64,000 bases of DNA from Escherichia coli (lineage in GTDB: Bacteria > Pseudomonadota > Gammaproteobacteria > Enterobacterales > Enterobacteriaceae): the NCBI RefSeq assembly GCF_050320075.1, contig NZ_CP190018.1; one strand, 5' to 3'. Shown here piece after piece: positions 37,818 to 46,122 of this stretch (position 1 is its first letter; every line of letters begins with the position of its first letter). The position numbers and the translations under genes were made by a program. The notes under the pieces are model-generated. The model saw nothing but the letters and a program-made list of their open reading frames with translations, was not told the DNA's origin and made no database searches.

Positions 37818-38288
37818 ATGGCTACAATCCTCACCACTGACAGCGATTTACTCGATCTATTGACCGTCCCCTTCAATGCCACCACGGATTTCACTGTCCT
37901 TGCTGACTACTGCGCCCGCTTTGCCGAAACCCTGATTGAAACCGACGATCCAGCGCTACGACTGGCGCTCTGCGGGCGGCTTCACGCGGCTCTTGCGCTA
38001 CTGCAACCCACACTACACGACCCCATCCCACCGCATCTTACCGAAAGCCTGACCGTGGATACCCTTCCCGCCACACCAGAGCACTTTATTTCCGAACCTG
38101 ATTCCTTGTGCGAATACTGCCTCGCACTACTCCAGCTTCTGCTGGAACGTCCGGCGGAACCAAAAATGGAGCAAACCCTGACCGGGCTGCTGTGTGAGCT
38201 GGTCTGGTATTTCACGGAAGGACTCAAAGCCCCACGCTGGCTGCGTACCGCCGACGGCGTAAAATTTATCAGCGAGGTGGCCGCATGA
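37818..38288 (+). CDS. hypothetical protein (156 aa, acidic, Leu/Ala-rich), GC-rich
   Basis: ORF with good coding statistics; its stop overlaps the ATG of the downstream Ner-like fragment (ATGATG), suggesting an operon. Confidence 0.5.
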   Translation: MATILTTDSDLLDLLTVPFNATTDFTVLADYCARFAETLIETDDPALRLALCGRLHAALALLQPTLHDPIPPHLTESLTVDTLPATPEHFISEPDSLCEYCLALLQLLLERPAEPKMEQTLTGLLCELVWYFTEGLKAPRWLRTADGVKFISEVAA

Positions 38289-38410
38289 TGCAACAGGACT
38301 GGCATTCCGCCGACATTATTGCGGTGCTGAAAAAGCGGGGAACGCCTCTGGCGGCACAGAGAAAAACTCATTGCGGAAGCGCTGTAAATATCGCCAGAAA
38401 TCATCTGGCC
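38285..38410 (+). pseudogene. Ner/Nlp-like HTH regulator gene, frameshifted
   Basis: [25 protein letters not shown]... resembles the Ner/Nlp N-terminus (DWHxADIIAxLxKxG); continuation (REKLIAEAL) is in another frame. Confidence 0.5.
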
Positions 38411-38637
38411 TTCAAGGTACTTTGATAGCAAAGGCAAGCAGGCTGGTTCAGTCCAGTGTTTCTCTTCTTGCATTTTCAGAAATGGGAGGCTGGGAGTCTA
38501 TCGAAATGGTTCGTCGATATGCTCACCTCGCGCCTAATCACCTTACCGAACACGCACGGCAAATAGACTCAGTCCTGAACCCATCGGTCCCAAATTTGTC
38601 CCAGTCAAAAAATAAGGAAGGTACTAATGATGTGTAA
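38410..38637 (+). pseudogene. 3' fragment of a tyrosine-recombinase (phage integrase) gene
   Basis: Encodes ...[35 protein letters not shown]..., the C-terminal catalytic-Tyr region of phage integrases, with no N-terminal domains. Confidence 0.7.
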
Positions 38638-38789
38638 CTTATTGATTTTAATGGTGCGATAAGAGGAATGAATATTGCAAGTTAACGCATTGATTTATAA
38701 TAGATTATTATATTCAAAAAATATAACTATACACATATCTATACACACTGCGCGCATCGCTTGTTTTTCGCACAATTAAAAATAAGAAA

Positions 38790-39080
38790 AAAGTTTTTTT
38801 TCGAAAGAACTGTTCACACTGTTCACCTTTCTGTTTTCTCCTTTTATTTCAGTTTGATAGGTGGTGAATAATGGGTGAATGGTGAACATTCGATTCTTCA
38901 CCTCCGGCATTCTGCCGGTGTGACTCATACCGGTGATTAATCCCCCGTACTGAAATCACACAGGGAGAAAAAAAGTTTTTTTTGATTTGATTGTTCACAC
39001 TGTTCACCTTTCATTTTTCTCTTTTAATTTCAGTGTGATAACGGGTGAATATACGGTGAAGGGTGAACAGTGGATTGTTC
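38790..39080. repeat. P4-type crr (cis replication region): two ~100-bp direct repeats, each with TGTTCACC / GGTGAACA iterons
   Basis: Units at about 38790-38890 and 38973-39075 are near-identical and each contains TGTTCACACTGTTCACC plus inverted GGTGAAYA copies. Confidence 0.8.
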
Positions 39081-39098
39081 ACCTTCGGGGAATTCAGG

Positions 39099-39126
39099 GA
39101 TAAAAAAAGACCGGCAGATGCCGGTC
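39099..39126 (-). terminator. rho-independent terminator downstream of alpha
   Basis: Hairpin GACCGGCA / TGCCGGTC with an adjacent T-run on the minus strand. Confidence 0.55.
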
Positions 39127-39142
39127 AGATGAGTCATGATGG

Positions 39143-41476
39143 TCAGGTTGTTGCAGGGTCGTCACATTTTGGCAGCCAGTCGCCGTAGCTTTCCTCTTTC
39201 AGCGTCAGGTTGGTCTGTATCCCCTGTTTGGTATGGCGCTTCTCGTAATTCAGTCCGTATTCCTTCAGCATCACCGGCAGCCCCAGCCCGAACATTTTCA
39301 GACTGAGTACATTCCGGTAGCCGTTTGCCTCCATGTAGGCCAGATAGGCGTGATAGAGGTATTTACGGTAATTACGCGGGATGATACTGGCGTTCCCCAT
39401 ATACATGCCGCTGGTCTGCGGCAGGGTTTCCAGATAGCCGATAAAATCAAACGTCGGGTCGGCATCCCGTTTGATGTTCAGCGCCTCGTCTGAGTTCTGC
39501 TGGGACTGAAGCAGTGACCGGGCGAGCATCGGGTCGCTGAACTTCTGCATCAGGTGACGCACGATGACCGCCAGCTCGCGGGTGATTTTGTCCTTAAGCT
39601 GCGGGTCGCGCTCCTGCGGGGCTATCTGTTCCGGGAAGTGAATAATCACCCGCCGGCGTGACACGCCGCCGCTGCGGTCGGTGAAGCGCATCGGGTTATT
39701 GTTCACGGCCAGAATTACCGCCGGGATATGCGTGGAGTATGCATCCCGGTATTTCGGGTCAACGGACACCGCATCGCCGCCGGTGATGGCCTTGAGTCCG
39801 GCACCGTCGCCGCTCCATTTTTCCTGGTCCGGCAGGCGTATCAGTGAGAAGCCAGTTAACGCGGCACGTTCACGCGGGGATTCCAGCGTCTCGATGGTGG
39901 CCGACGTGGCGTTATCCTCCCCGGCCAGCAGGGTGGCTATTTCGGCCATGATACTTTTGCCGCTGCCGCCGGGACCGGTCACCTCCAGAAAGAGCTGCCA
40001 GTCGTAGCGGTTTGCCAGCACCATAAACAGTGCGGCCAGAATCACGTCGCGTTTTTCCGCACGGCCACCGGCGGCACGGTCAAGCCAGCGCCAGAACGCG
40101 GGGGCGTGGGTCTCCAGCGTTTCACCGTCCACCGGCGGGGTGAAATCCACATCGCACAGGGTGCGCATCCAGTGTGACGGACTGTGCGGGTGGAACGTGC
40201 CGTTCTGCGTGTCGAGCACGCCGTTACGAAAGCCAATCAGGCGGCGGGAGGGGGCTTCCTGCTGCGGAATAATCAGCTTCAGGGTGTCCACCACGGAGGC
40301 CACCTTCCCGGAGGAGAACGGCGCGCGCAGACGCTGAAACAGCCCGGCCACATCCCGGGCAAAGTCCTGTGGTGGCAGCACCTTCCAGACACCATTTTCA
40401 TAACGGGACAGAAGCTGGCCGTTGGCATCGACCGCGAGCGCCTCGCCGTAATGCTCATAGATACGCATGGCCTTTTCGCTGGTACTCATGGCGGAAAACT
40501 CCGCTTCGCTCATGGTGTCGAACGGGCTTTCAGCCGGTGGCCGGATGGCATCATAAATGGCCTTACGGGTGGCTTCCCCGCCGTACTGCGTGAAGGCATC
40601 ATTCCAGTCACCGAAGACCGGCGGCAGGGCAACAACGCCCTCACACGCATCTGCGGCTGCGGCGGCTTTTTTCTGGCCGTCACCGCTGAGGTCACGGTCT
40701 GCGGCAAGGACAATCTGACAGGCCGGATGCTTCTGCCGGGCAAGGCTGGCCAGAGAAAGGAGGTTCACGGAAGAAAGCGCCACCATCACCGTTTCACCGG
40801 TCAGGTGATGTACGGTAAGTGCGGTCGCGTATCCCTCCGCTATCCACAGACGTTTTCCGGCCTGATTCTGTCCTTCAAGGGTGTGACAGGTGCCCCTGAC
40901 CTGTCCGCCTTTCAGGGTGCGCTTACGGCCGTCAGCACTGATTAACTGAAGGTTAACCAGTTCGCCGCTGTCGTCATACAGTGGCACCACAAGGTCACCG
41001 GCACGCCAGCTCACGCCACCGGCTCTGTGTGTGCCGGTCAGCATCCGGCATTCCCGGCCGGGAAAGCCCTTGCGGGTCAGGTAGGCGTTACCGGTTCCGG
41101 GACGGGTTTTCGCCATCAGGGTTTGTGCCAGTGCGGCGGCGTTCTTCCGGGCAGCGTCTGTTTCAGCACCGGCGGCAGCCGTCACTGCCGGGTCAGCCGG
41201 GGGCAGGCTGCCGGTCACGGCAGCCACCTTTGCTGCCGCGTCGGACGGGGAAACACCAAACACCTTTTCAACCAGTTTCAGGCCGTCACCGGCACCACAC
41301 TGATTGCAGTACCAGGTGCCGCGCCCCTCCCTGTCATCAAAACGGAAGCGGTCACTCCCGCCACAGACCGGACAGGGCTGATGACGGTTTTTCAGCACCT
41401 GAATCCCCAGCGCCGGGAGAATACGCGGCCAGTGGCCGAGCGCATGGCTGACGGTGGCGGTTACGTTCATTTTCAT
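39143..41476 (-). CDS. alpha: P4 alpha-type primase-helicase
   Basis: 777 aa; N-terminal zinc-binding primase motif (CPVCGGSDRFRFDD...WYCNQCGAGDG), central and C-terminal helicase region; iterons on both sides. Confidence 0.9.
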   Translation of the reverse strand: MKMNVTATVSHALGHWPRILPALGIQVLKNRHQPCPVCGGSDRFRFDDREGRGTWYCNQCGAGDGLKLVEKVFGVSPSDAAAKVAAVTGSLPPADPAVTAAAGAETDAARKNAAALAQTLMAKTRPGTGNAYLTRKGFPGRECRMLTGTHRAGGVSWRAGDLVVPLYDDSGELVNLQLISADGRKRTLKGGQVRGTCHTLEGQNQAGKRLWIAEGYATALTVHHLTGETVMVALSSVNLLSLASLARQKHPACQIVLAADRDLSGDGQKKAAAAADACEGVVALPPVFGDWNDAFTQYGGEATRKAIYDAIRPPAESPFDTMSEAEFSAMSTSEKAMRIYEHYGEALAVDANGQLLSRYENGVWKVLPPQDFARDVAGLFQRLRAPFSSGKVASVVDTLKLIIPQQEAPSRRLIGFRNGVLDTQNGTFHPHSPSHWMRTLCDVDFTPPVDGETLETHAPAFWRWLDRAAGGRAEKRDVILAALFMVLANRYDWQLFLEVTGPGGSGKSIMAEIATLLAGEDNATSATIETLESPRERAALTGFSLIRLPDQEKWSGDGAGLKAITGGDAVSVDPKYRDAYSTHIPAVILAVNNNPMRFTDRSGGVSRRRVIIHFPEQIAPQERDPQLKDKITRELAVIVRHLMQKFSDPMLARSLLQSQQNSDEALNIKRDADPTFDFIGYLETLPQTSGMYMGNASIIPRNYRKYLYHAYLAYMEANGYRNVLSLKMFGLGLPVMLKEYGLNYEKRHTKQGIQTNLTLKEESYGDWLPKCDDPATT

Positions 41477-41490
41477 GGTGTTGTTCTCCT

Positions 41491-41811
41491 TCAGTGCAGT
41501 ACCGGCGCTTTTATGTGACGGGCACAGAGTTCATCCATCACAACCAGCCCGAGAAAGGACAGCGACGGCGCGGCCTTCAGGGGGCCGGATTCCATTAAAT
41601 CTTCCAGCAGGGCACAGGCTATCTGACGCCCTTTTTCCTCACCGTGCTGGCGCAGATAAAAGCCTTCCAGCTCAGCGGCGATGGCCGCCTCCAGTGATTC
41701 AAGGGTGAGATGCGGGTAGCGGTGCTGACGTTCGCACACGGTCAGCCAGGCACAGGCGACAGCGCGACGGTAAAGGGCTGCGCGTAAGACGGGCGGTAAG
41801 GGTGTTTTCAT
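41491..41811 (-). CDS. P4-family conserved hypothetical protein (106 aa)
   Basis: ORF directly upstream of alpha in the left operon. Confidence 0.55.
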
Positions 41812-41946
41812 TTGTTTTCCTCCCTGTGACAGATGACTGCATTCCGTGCCGGTTGCATTAACTGATAAGGCATATCTGCGTCTCCTGAAGACGTGCGTAT
41901 CCCTGCGCGAATACGCACATTTAATTTTTCGGGTGTCGTTTTTTAA

Positions 41947-42402
41947 TTACAGATAATTGCGGTAACTGTTATCCGGGGTGATTTCCGGGTCAGGCTCCGT
42001 GCGGGGAATTTCCCGCCATTCCCGCGCCACCGGTGCCGCCCGGCTGGCCGGAACAGTGTCCTGCGGGTAAATATCCAGATATTTCTCCCGCCATTTCTGT
42101 AATTCCGGGTCTCCGGCCATTTCTTTCAGTACCGCATGCCGGTTTACGGGGCTGCGTTTAAACAGGTCAGGACGGTCACAGGTAAATTCCCGCAGAAAAC
42201 GCCCCAGCGGGATGTCTGTGGTGCGCCCGTCAGCGAGGATACGCACAAGGATACTGAATTTACGGCGGTACGGGTTCCAGACAATGTCCGGGCAGCGGTA
42301 CGGCATTTCCCACGGAATACCGTCTTCCAGAATGCCGACCACGGCCACATCGGGAAAACCGGCAGAACGGTAAATCTCACCGGGCTGGGGAAAATCAAAC
42401 AT
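41947..42402 (-). CDS. P4-family conserved hypothetical protein (151 aa; P4 orf151-like position)
   Basis: ORF in the alpha operon; size and position as in P4. Confidence 0.55.
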   Translation of the reverse strand: MFDFPQPGEIYRSAGFPDVAVVGILEDGIPWEMPYRCPDIVWNPYRRKFSILVRILADGRTTDIPLGRFLREFTCDRPDLFKRSPVNRHAVLKEMAGDPELQKWREKYLDIYPQDTVPASRAAPVAREWREIPRTEPDPEITPDNSYRNYL

Positions 42403-42682
42403 GCGTCCTGTCTCCCCGGTCTTTCTGCTGGGCGAGAAAATCGCGGCACAGGCCTTTGGCTTTCAGTTCATTCAGCACAAAATCAATATCTTCATTCAGG
42501 TAGCTGAAAATATGCGGAATGTAGAGCTGATGCAGGCCGGAGAGTTCACGGTGAATCAAATCACCCCCAACAAACCGGGATACGGCGCTGGCGCGGTTGA
42601 GCTTATGGTAAGCCTCAATGCTGAGGTGTTCACGGGCGTCATGACGCGCTGAGACGGTCTGAGGGGCTTTTTTATTACGCAC
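42395..42682 (-). CDS. P4-family small protein with probable GTG start (95 aa; epsilon-like position)
   Basis: GGAGG RBS 6 nt upstream of GTG at 42682; ORF ends overlapping the orf151-like start; the 177-aa ORF in the track is probably an over-extension. Confidence 0.4.
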   Translation of the reverse strand: MRNKKAPQTVSARHDAREHLSIEAYHKLNRASAVSRFVGGDLIHRELSGLHQLYIPHIFSYLNEDIDFVLNELKAKGLCRDFLAQQKDRGDRTHV

Positions 42683-42875
42683 GGGACACCTCCACCACCG
42701 GCAGACGGGCAGCAAGGGAGAGCACATAGTCACGGACAAGGGAACGGCGGGCGCTGCGTTCATCACCGGCGACGGTGCGAAGCATACAGATACGGGGATG
42801 ACGATCTGCGCGACGGACAGCCGCAAACACAAAGACAAATTCAGGGTGTGAGGTGGTAAGGGTTGTAGCCATGAT
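42675..42875 (-). CDS. P4-family small hypothetical protein (66 aa, [26 protein letters not shown]...)
   Basis: Short ORF immediately downstream of the immunity-RNA region; stop overlaps the next start. Confidence 0.4.
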   Translation of the reverse strand: MMATTLTTSHPEFVFVFAAVRRADRHPRICMLRTVAGDERSARRSLVRDYVLSLAARLPVVEVSRA

Positions 42876-42883
42876 GGCAGCCT

Positions 42884-43136
42884 CCTTGAAGTAACAGTTA
42901 CAGCTACCACTGGAGTTCCTACGCTCATGGGTGGTAGCCCGGACGGGGGTAGGAATACCGGCCTTCAAGGAAACCGGCCAGCCCGAAGGCTGCCCCGCCC
43001 GGACCACCATTATCTGACAGAGGCTACGGTTTAAAAACCACAGCCAGAAAAACAGGTGTGCCGAAGCAACGACGTAAAAAAAGACGCATGGCGCGTCATA
43101 TGTCGCCTTGAAGTAACTCGGGTTCCTACGCCCGGC
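42884..43136 (-). ncRNA. P4-type RNA immunity region (CI-RNA-like seqB flanked by complementary seqA / seqC-like repeats)
   Basis: Direct repeats CCTTGAAGTAAC...GTTCCTACGC at 42884-42924 and 43106-43136, and between them (42949-42971) GGTAGGAATACCGGCCTTCAAGG, complementary to both; in the untranslated leader of the left operon. Confidence 0.5.
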
Positions 43137-43225
43137 TGCCGATTTTGCGGCAGCGGAAAAACTATATCCGCAAATGCCGGAAAAAGGCAAGCCAGAAAAA
43201 GGGACTTTTTGCAGAACAGGCATCA

Positions 43226-43492
43226 TCATGCGTCATACCCCCGTTGGCGTCCGGCAATGCGGCCGGCCATCCATGCGGTGACTTCAGAGTGCAGCCAGGC
43301 CACATTTTTACCGCCAAGACTCACCTGCGGCGGAAATTCCCCCTTACGGATGAGTTCATAGATGGTCGAGCGTGACAGGCCGCACAGGTGCATCACTTCC
43401 GGCAGACGTAAAAAACGCTCCTGCGTGATGTCCGGCAGCGGCATCAGTGGCGTCACAGGGGCGGGAGACGGGGAAGAAAAAACAGCTTGCAT
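43226..43492 (-). CDS. alpA: AlpA-family phage regulatory protein (small MerR-like HTH)
   Basis: [50 protein letters not shown] is the AlpA signature; true start may be the internal Met (43444). Confidence 0.85.
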   Translation of the reverse strand: MQAVFSSPSPAPVTPLMPLPDITQERFLRLPEVMHLCGLSRSTIYELIRKGEFPPQVSLGGKNVAWLHSEVTAWMAGRIAGRQRGYDA

Positions 43493-43769
43493 CGGGCTAC
43501 CTCGTTAATGTCCATACAGCACCGGATAAGTCCGTCCGGCTTCTGGTAGCGCTTTATTTTGTGAATATTTTCAGCAGACGCAACAGGGGGAATTTGTTCC
43601 GGCAACCTTACAATGGCTGTGTGTTTTTTATCCATCTGGACTGGAAGGGTCTCAAAGGGTTCTGAAGGACCTGGAATTTTTTATAGTGAAATACAAATTG
43701 TTTTTTCTTATTTATTTCAGTGAATTAATAAAAATAAACAGTGATAAACAGCATAAAAAGCCCATCAAC

Positions 43770-43880
43770 GGGTGAACAGTGGTGAACAGACGGTGAACAG
43801 TCATTACTGCGATTGTTCACCCTTTAACTTACTGTATTACTTATCTTTTTTCTTATGGTGAACAGAGGTGAACAGTAAAA
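43770..43880. repeat. P4-type origin of replication: six GGTGAACA / TGTTCACC iterons
   Basis: GGTGAACAGTGGTGAACAGACGGTGAACAG (43771-43800), TGTTCACC (43815-43822), GGTGAACAGAGGTGAACAG (43858-43876), within AT-rich DNA between alpA and sid. Confidence 0.8.
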
Positions 43881-44043
43881 TATAAAAAAACAAACAGTAA
43901 GCCGGTTTTTCCTGCGACCTTTTCCTGGCTTGCCGGTCTGAGGATGAGTCTCCTGTGTCAGGGCTGGCACATCTGCAATGCGTCGTGTTGCTGTCCGGTG
44001 TACGTCACAATTTTCTTAACCTGAAGTGACGAGGAGCCGGAAA

Positions 44044-44778
44044 ATGTCTGACCACACTATCCCTGAATATCTGCAACCCGCACTGGCACAACTGGAAAAG
44101 GCCAGAGCCGCCCATCTTGAGAACGCCCGCCTGATGGATGAGACCGTCACGGCCATTGAACGGGCAGAGCAGGAAAAAAATGCGCTGGCGCAGGCCGACG
44201 GAAACGACGCTGACGACTGGCGCACGGCCTTTCGTGCAGCCGGTGGTGTCCTGAGCGACGAGCTGAAACAGCGCCACATTGAGCGCGTGGCACGCCGGGA
44301 GCTGGTACAGGAATATGACAATCTGGCCGTGGTGCTGAATTTCGAACGTGAACGCCTGAAAGGGGCGTGTGACAGCACGGCCACCGCCTACCGGAAGGCA
44401 CATCATCACCTTCTGAGTCTGTATGCAGAGCATGAGCTGGAACACGCCCTGAATGAAACCTGTGAGGCGCTTGTCCGGGCAATGCATCTGAGCATTCTGG
44501 TACAGGAAAATCCGCTCGCCAACACCACCGGCCATCAGGGCTACGTCGCACCCGATAAGGCTGTCATGCAGCAGGTGAAATCATCGCTGGAACAGAAAAT
44601 TAAACAGATGCAAATCAGCCTCAGCGGCGAGCCGGTTCTCCGGCTGACCGGACTGTCAGCGGCAACACTTCCGCACATGGATTATGAGGTGGCAGGCACA
44701 CCGGCACAGCGCAAGGTGTGGCAGGACAAAATAGACCAGCAGGGAGCAGAGCTTAAGGCCAGAGGACTGCTGTCATGA
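44044..44778 (+). CDS. sid: P4 Sid-type capsid size determination (external scaffold) protein
   Basis: 244 aa from the internal Met (MSDHTIPEYLQPALAQLEKARAAH...), coiled-coil rich; followed by delta and psu. Confidence 0.85.
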   Translation: MSDHTIPEYLQPALAQLEKARAAHLENARLMDETVTAIERAEQEKNALAQADGNDADDWRTAFRAAGGVLSDELKQRHIERVARRELVQEYDNLAVVLNFERERLKGACDSTATAYRKAHHHLLSLYAEHELEHALNETCEALVRAMHLSILVQENPLANTTGHQGYVAPDKAVMQQVKSSLEQKIKQMQISLSGEPVLRLTGLSAATLPHMDYEVAGTPAQRKVWQDKIDQQGAELKARGLLS

Positions 44779-45275
44779 TTTACTGCCCGTCGTGTGGACA
44801 TGTTGCTCACACCCGTCGCGCACATTTCATGGACGATGGCACCAAGATAATGATTGCACAGTGCCGGAATATTTATTGCTCTGCGACATTTGAAGCGAGT
44901 GAAAGCTTTTTCTCTGACAGTAAAGATTCAGGAATGGAATACATTTCAGGCAAACAGAGATACCGCGATTCACTGACGTCAGCCTCCGGCAGTATGAAAC
45001 GCCCGAAAAGAATGCTTGTTACCGGATATTGTTGTCGGAGATGTAAAGGCCTTGCACTGTCAAGAACATCGCGGCGTCTGTCTCAGGAAGTCACCGAGCG
45101 TTTTTATGTGTGCACGGATCGGGGCTGTGGTCTGGTGTTTAAAACGCTTCAGACCATCAACCGTTTCATTGTCCGCCCGGTCACGCCGGACGAACTGGCA
45201 GAACGCCTGCATGAAAAACAGGAACTGCCGCCAGTACGGTTAAAAACACAATCATATTCGCTGCGTCTGGAATGA
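44775..45275 (+). CDS. delta: P4 Delta-type late transcription activator (tandem Ogr-like zinc fingers)
   Basis: 166 aa; two CxxC...CxxC zinc-finger units (MIYCPSCGH...CRNIYC and YCCRRCKG...CTDRGC). Confidence 0.9.
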   Translation: MIYCPSCGHVAHTRRAHFMDDGTKIMIAQCRNIYCSATFEASESFFSDSKDSGMEYISGKQRYRDSLTSASGSMKRPKRMLVTGYCCRRCKGLALSRTSRRLSQEVTERFYVCTDRGCGLVFKTLQTINRFIVRPVTPDELAERLHEKQELPPVRLKTQSYSLRLE

Positions 45276-45348
45276 GGGCTGCCGGTTAACACCGGCCGTC
45301 GCCGCACACCGTATTTTTATTCTTCAGCATGATGAGAAAGAGATAACG

Positions 45349-45921
45349 ATGGAAAGCACAGCCTTACAGCAGGCCTTTGACACCTGTCAGAATAACAAAG
45401 CAGCATGGCTGCAACGCAAAAATGAGCTGGCAGCGGCCGAACAGGAATATCTGCGGCTTCTGTCAGGAGAAGGTAGAAACGTCAGTCGCCTGGACGAATT
45501 ACGCAATATTATCGAAGTCAGAAAATGGCAGGTGAATCAGGCTGCCGGTCGTTATATTCGTTCGCATGAAGCCGTTCAGCACATCAGCATCCGCGACCGG
45601 CTGAATGATTTTATGCAGCAGCACGGCACAGCACTGGCGGCCGCACTGGCACCGGAGCTGATGGGCTACAGTGAGCTGACGGCCATTGCCCGAAACTGTG
45701 CCATACAGCGTGCCACAGATGCCCTGCGTGAAGCCCTTCTGTCCTGGCTTGCGAAGGGGGAAAAAATTAATTATTCCGCACAGGATAGCGACATTTTAAC
45801 GACTATCGGATTCAGGCCTGACGCGGCTTCTGTGGATGACAGCCGTGAAAAATTCACCCCTGCGCAGAACATGATTTTTTCGCGTAAAAGTGCGCAACTG
45901 GCATCACGTCAGTCTGTGTAA
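45349..45921 (+). CDS. psu: P4 Psu-type polarity suppression / capsid decoration protein
   Basis: 190 aa; last gene of the sid-delta-psu operon, followed by cos. Confidence 0.85.
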   Translation: MESTALQQAFDTCQNNKAAWLQRKNELAAAEQEYLRLLSGEGRNVSRLDELRNIIEVRKWQVNQAAGRYIRSHEAVQHISIRDRLNDFMQQHGTALAAALAPELMGYSELTAIARNCAIQRATDALREALLSWLAKGEKINYSAQDSDILTTIGFRPDAASVDDSREKFTPAQNMIFSRKSAQLASRQSV

Positions 45922-46085
45922 AATTCCCCGAAAATCCGCCTGTTTTTACTGAAAAAAGCCATGCATCGATAAGGTGCATGGCTTTGCATGCGTTTTCCTG
46001 CCTCATTTTCTGCAAACCGCACCATTCCCGGCGCGGTCTGAGCGTGTCAGTGCAACTGCATTAAAACCGCCCCGCAAAGCGGGCG

Positions 46086-46104
46086 GGCGAGGCGGGGAAA
46101 GCAC
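46086..46104 (+). other. cos cohesive-end sequence of P2/P4 type
   Basis: GGCGAGGCGGGGAAAGCAC matches the 19-nt P2/P4 cohesive end as I recall it; position just downstream of psu fits P4. Confidence 0.65.
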
Positions 46105-46122
46105 TGCGCGCAACAATGATGA

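Noticed and set aside
39233-41708. ORFs on the plus strand or out of frame inside the alpha primase gene (for example 40184..40945, 41027..41518)
   Set aside because: GC-rich antisense ORFs with Arg/Gly/Pro-rich products; the alpha ORF explains the coding signal
42395-43229. 177-aa and 184-aa minus-strand ORFs from the ORF track
   Set aside because: Only the distal portions (95-aa GTG-start ORF and 66-aa ORF) have RBS and compact coupling; the long N-terminal extensions cross the immunity-RNA repeats and are probably non-coding
38790-43880. Possible CRISPR array suggested by clustered short repeats
   Set aside because: Repeat unit is only 8 bp, occurs in both orientations with irregular spacing, and flanks a primase gene; consistent with P4 ori/crr iterons, and no cas genes are present
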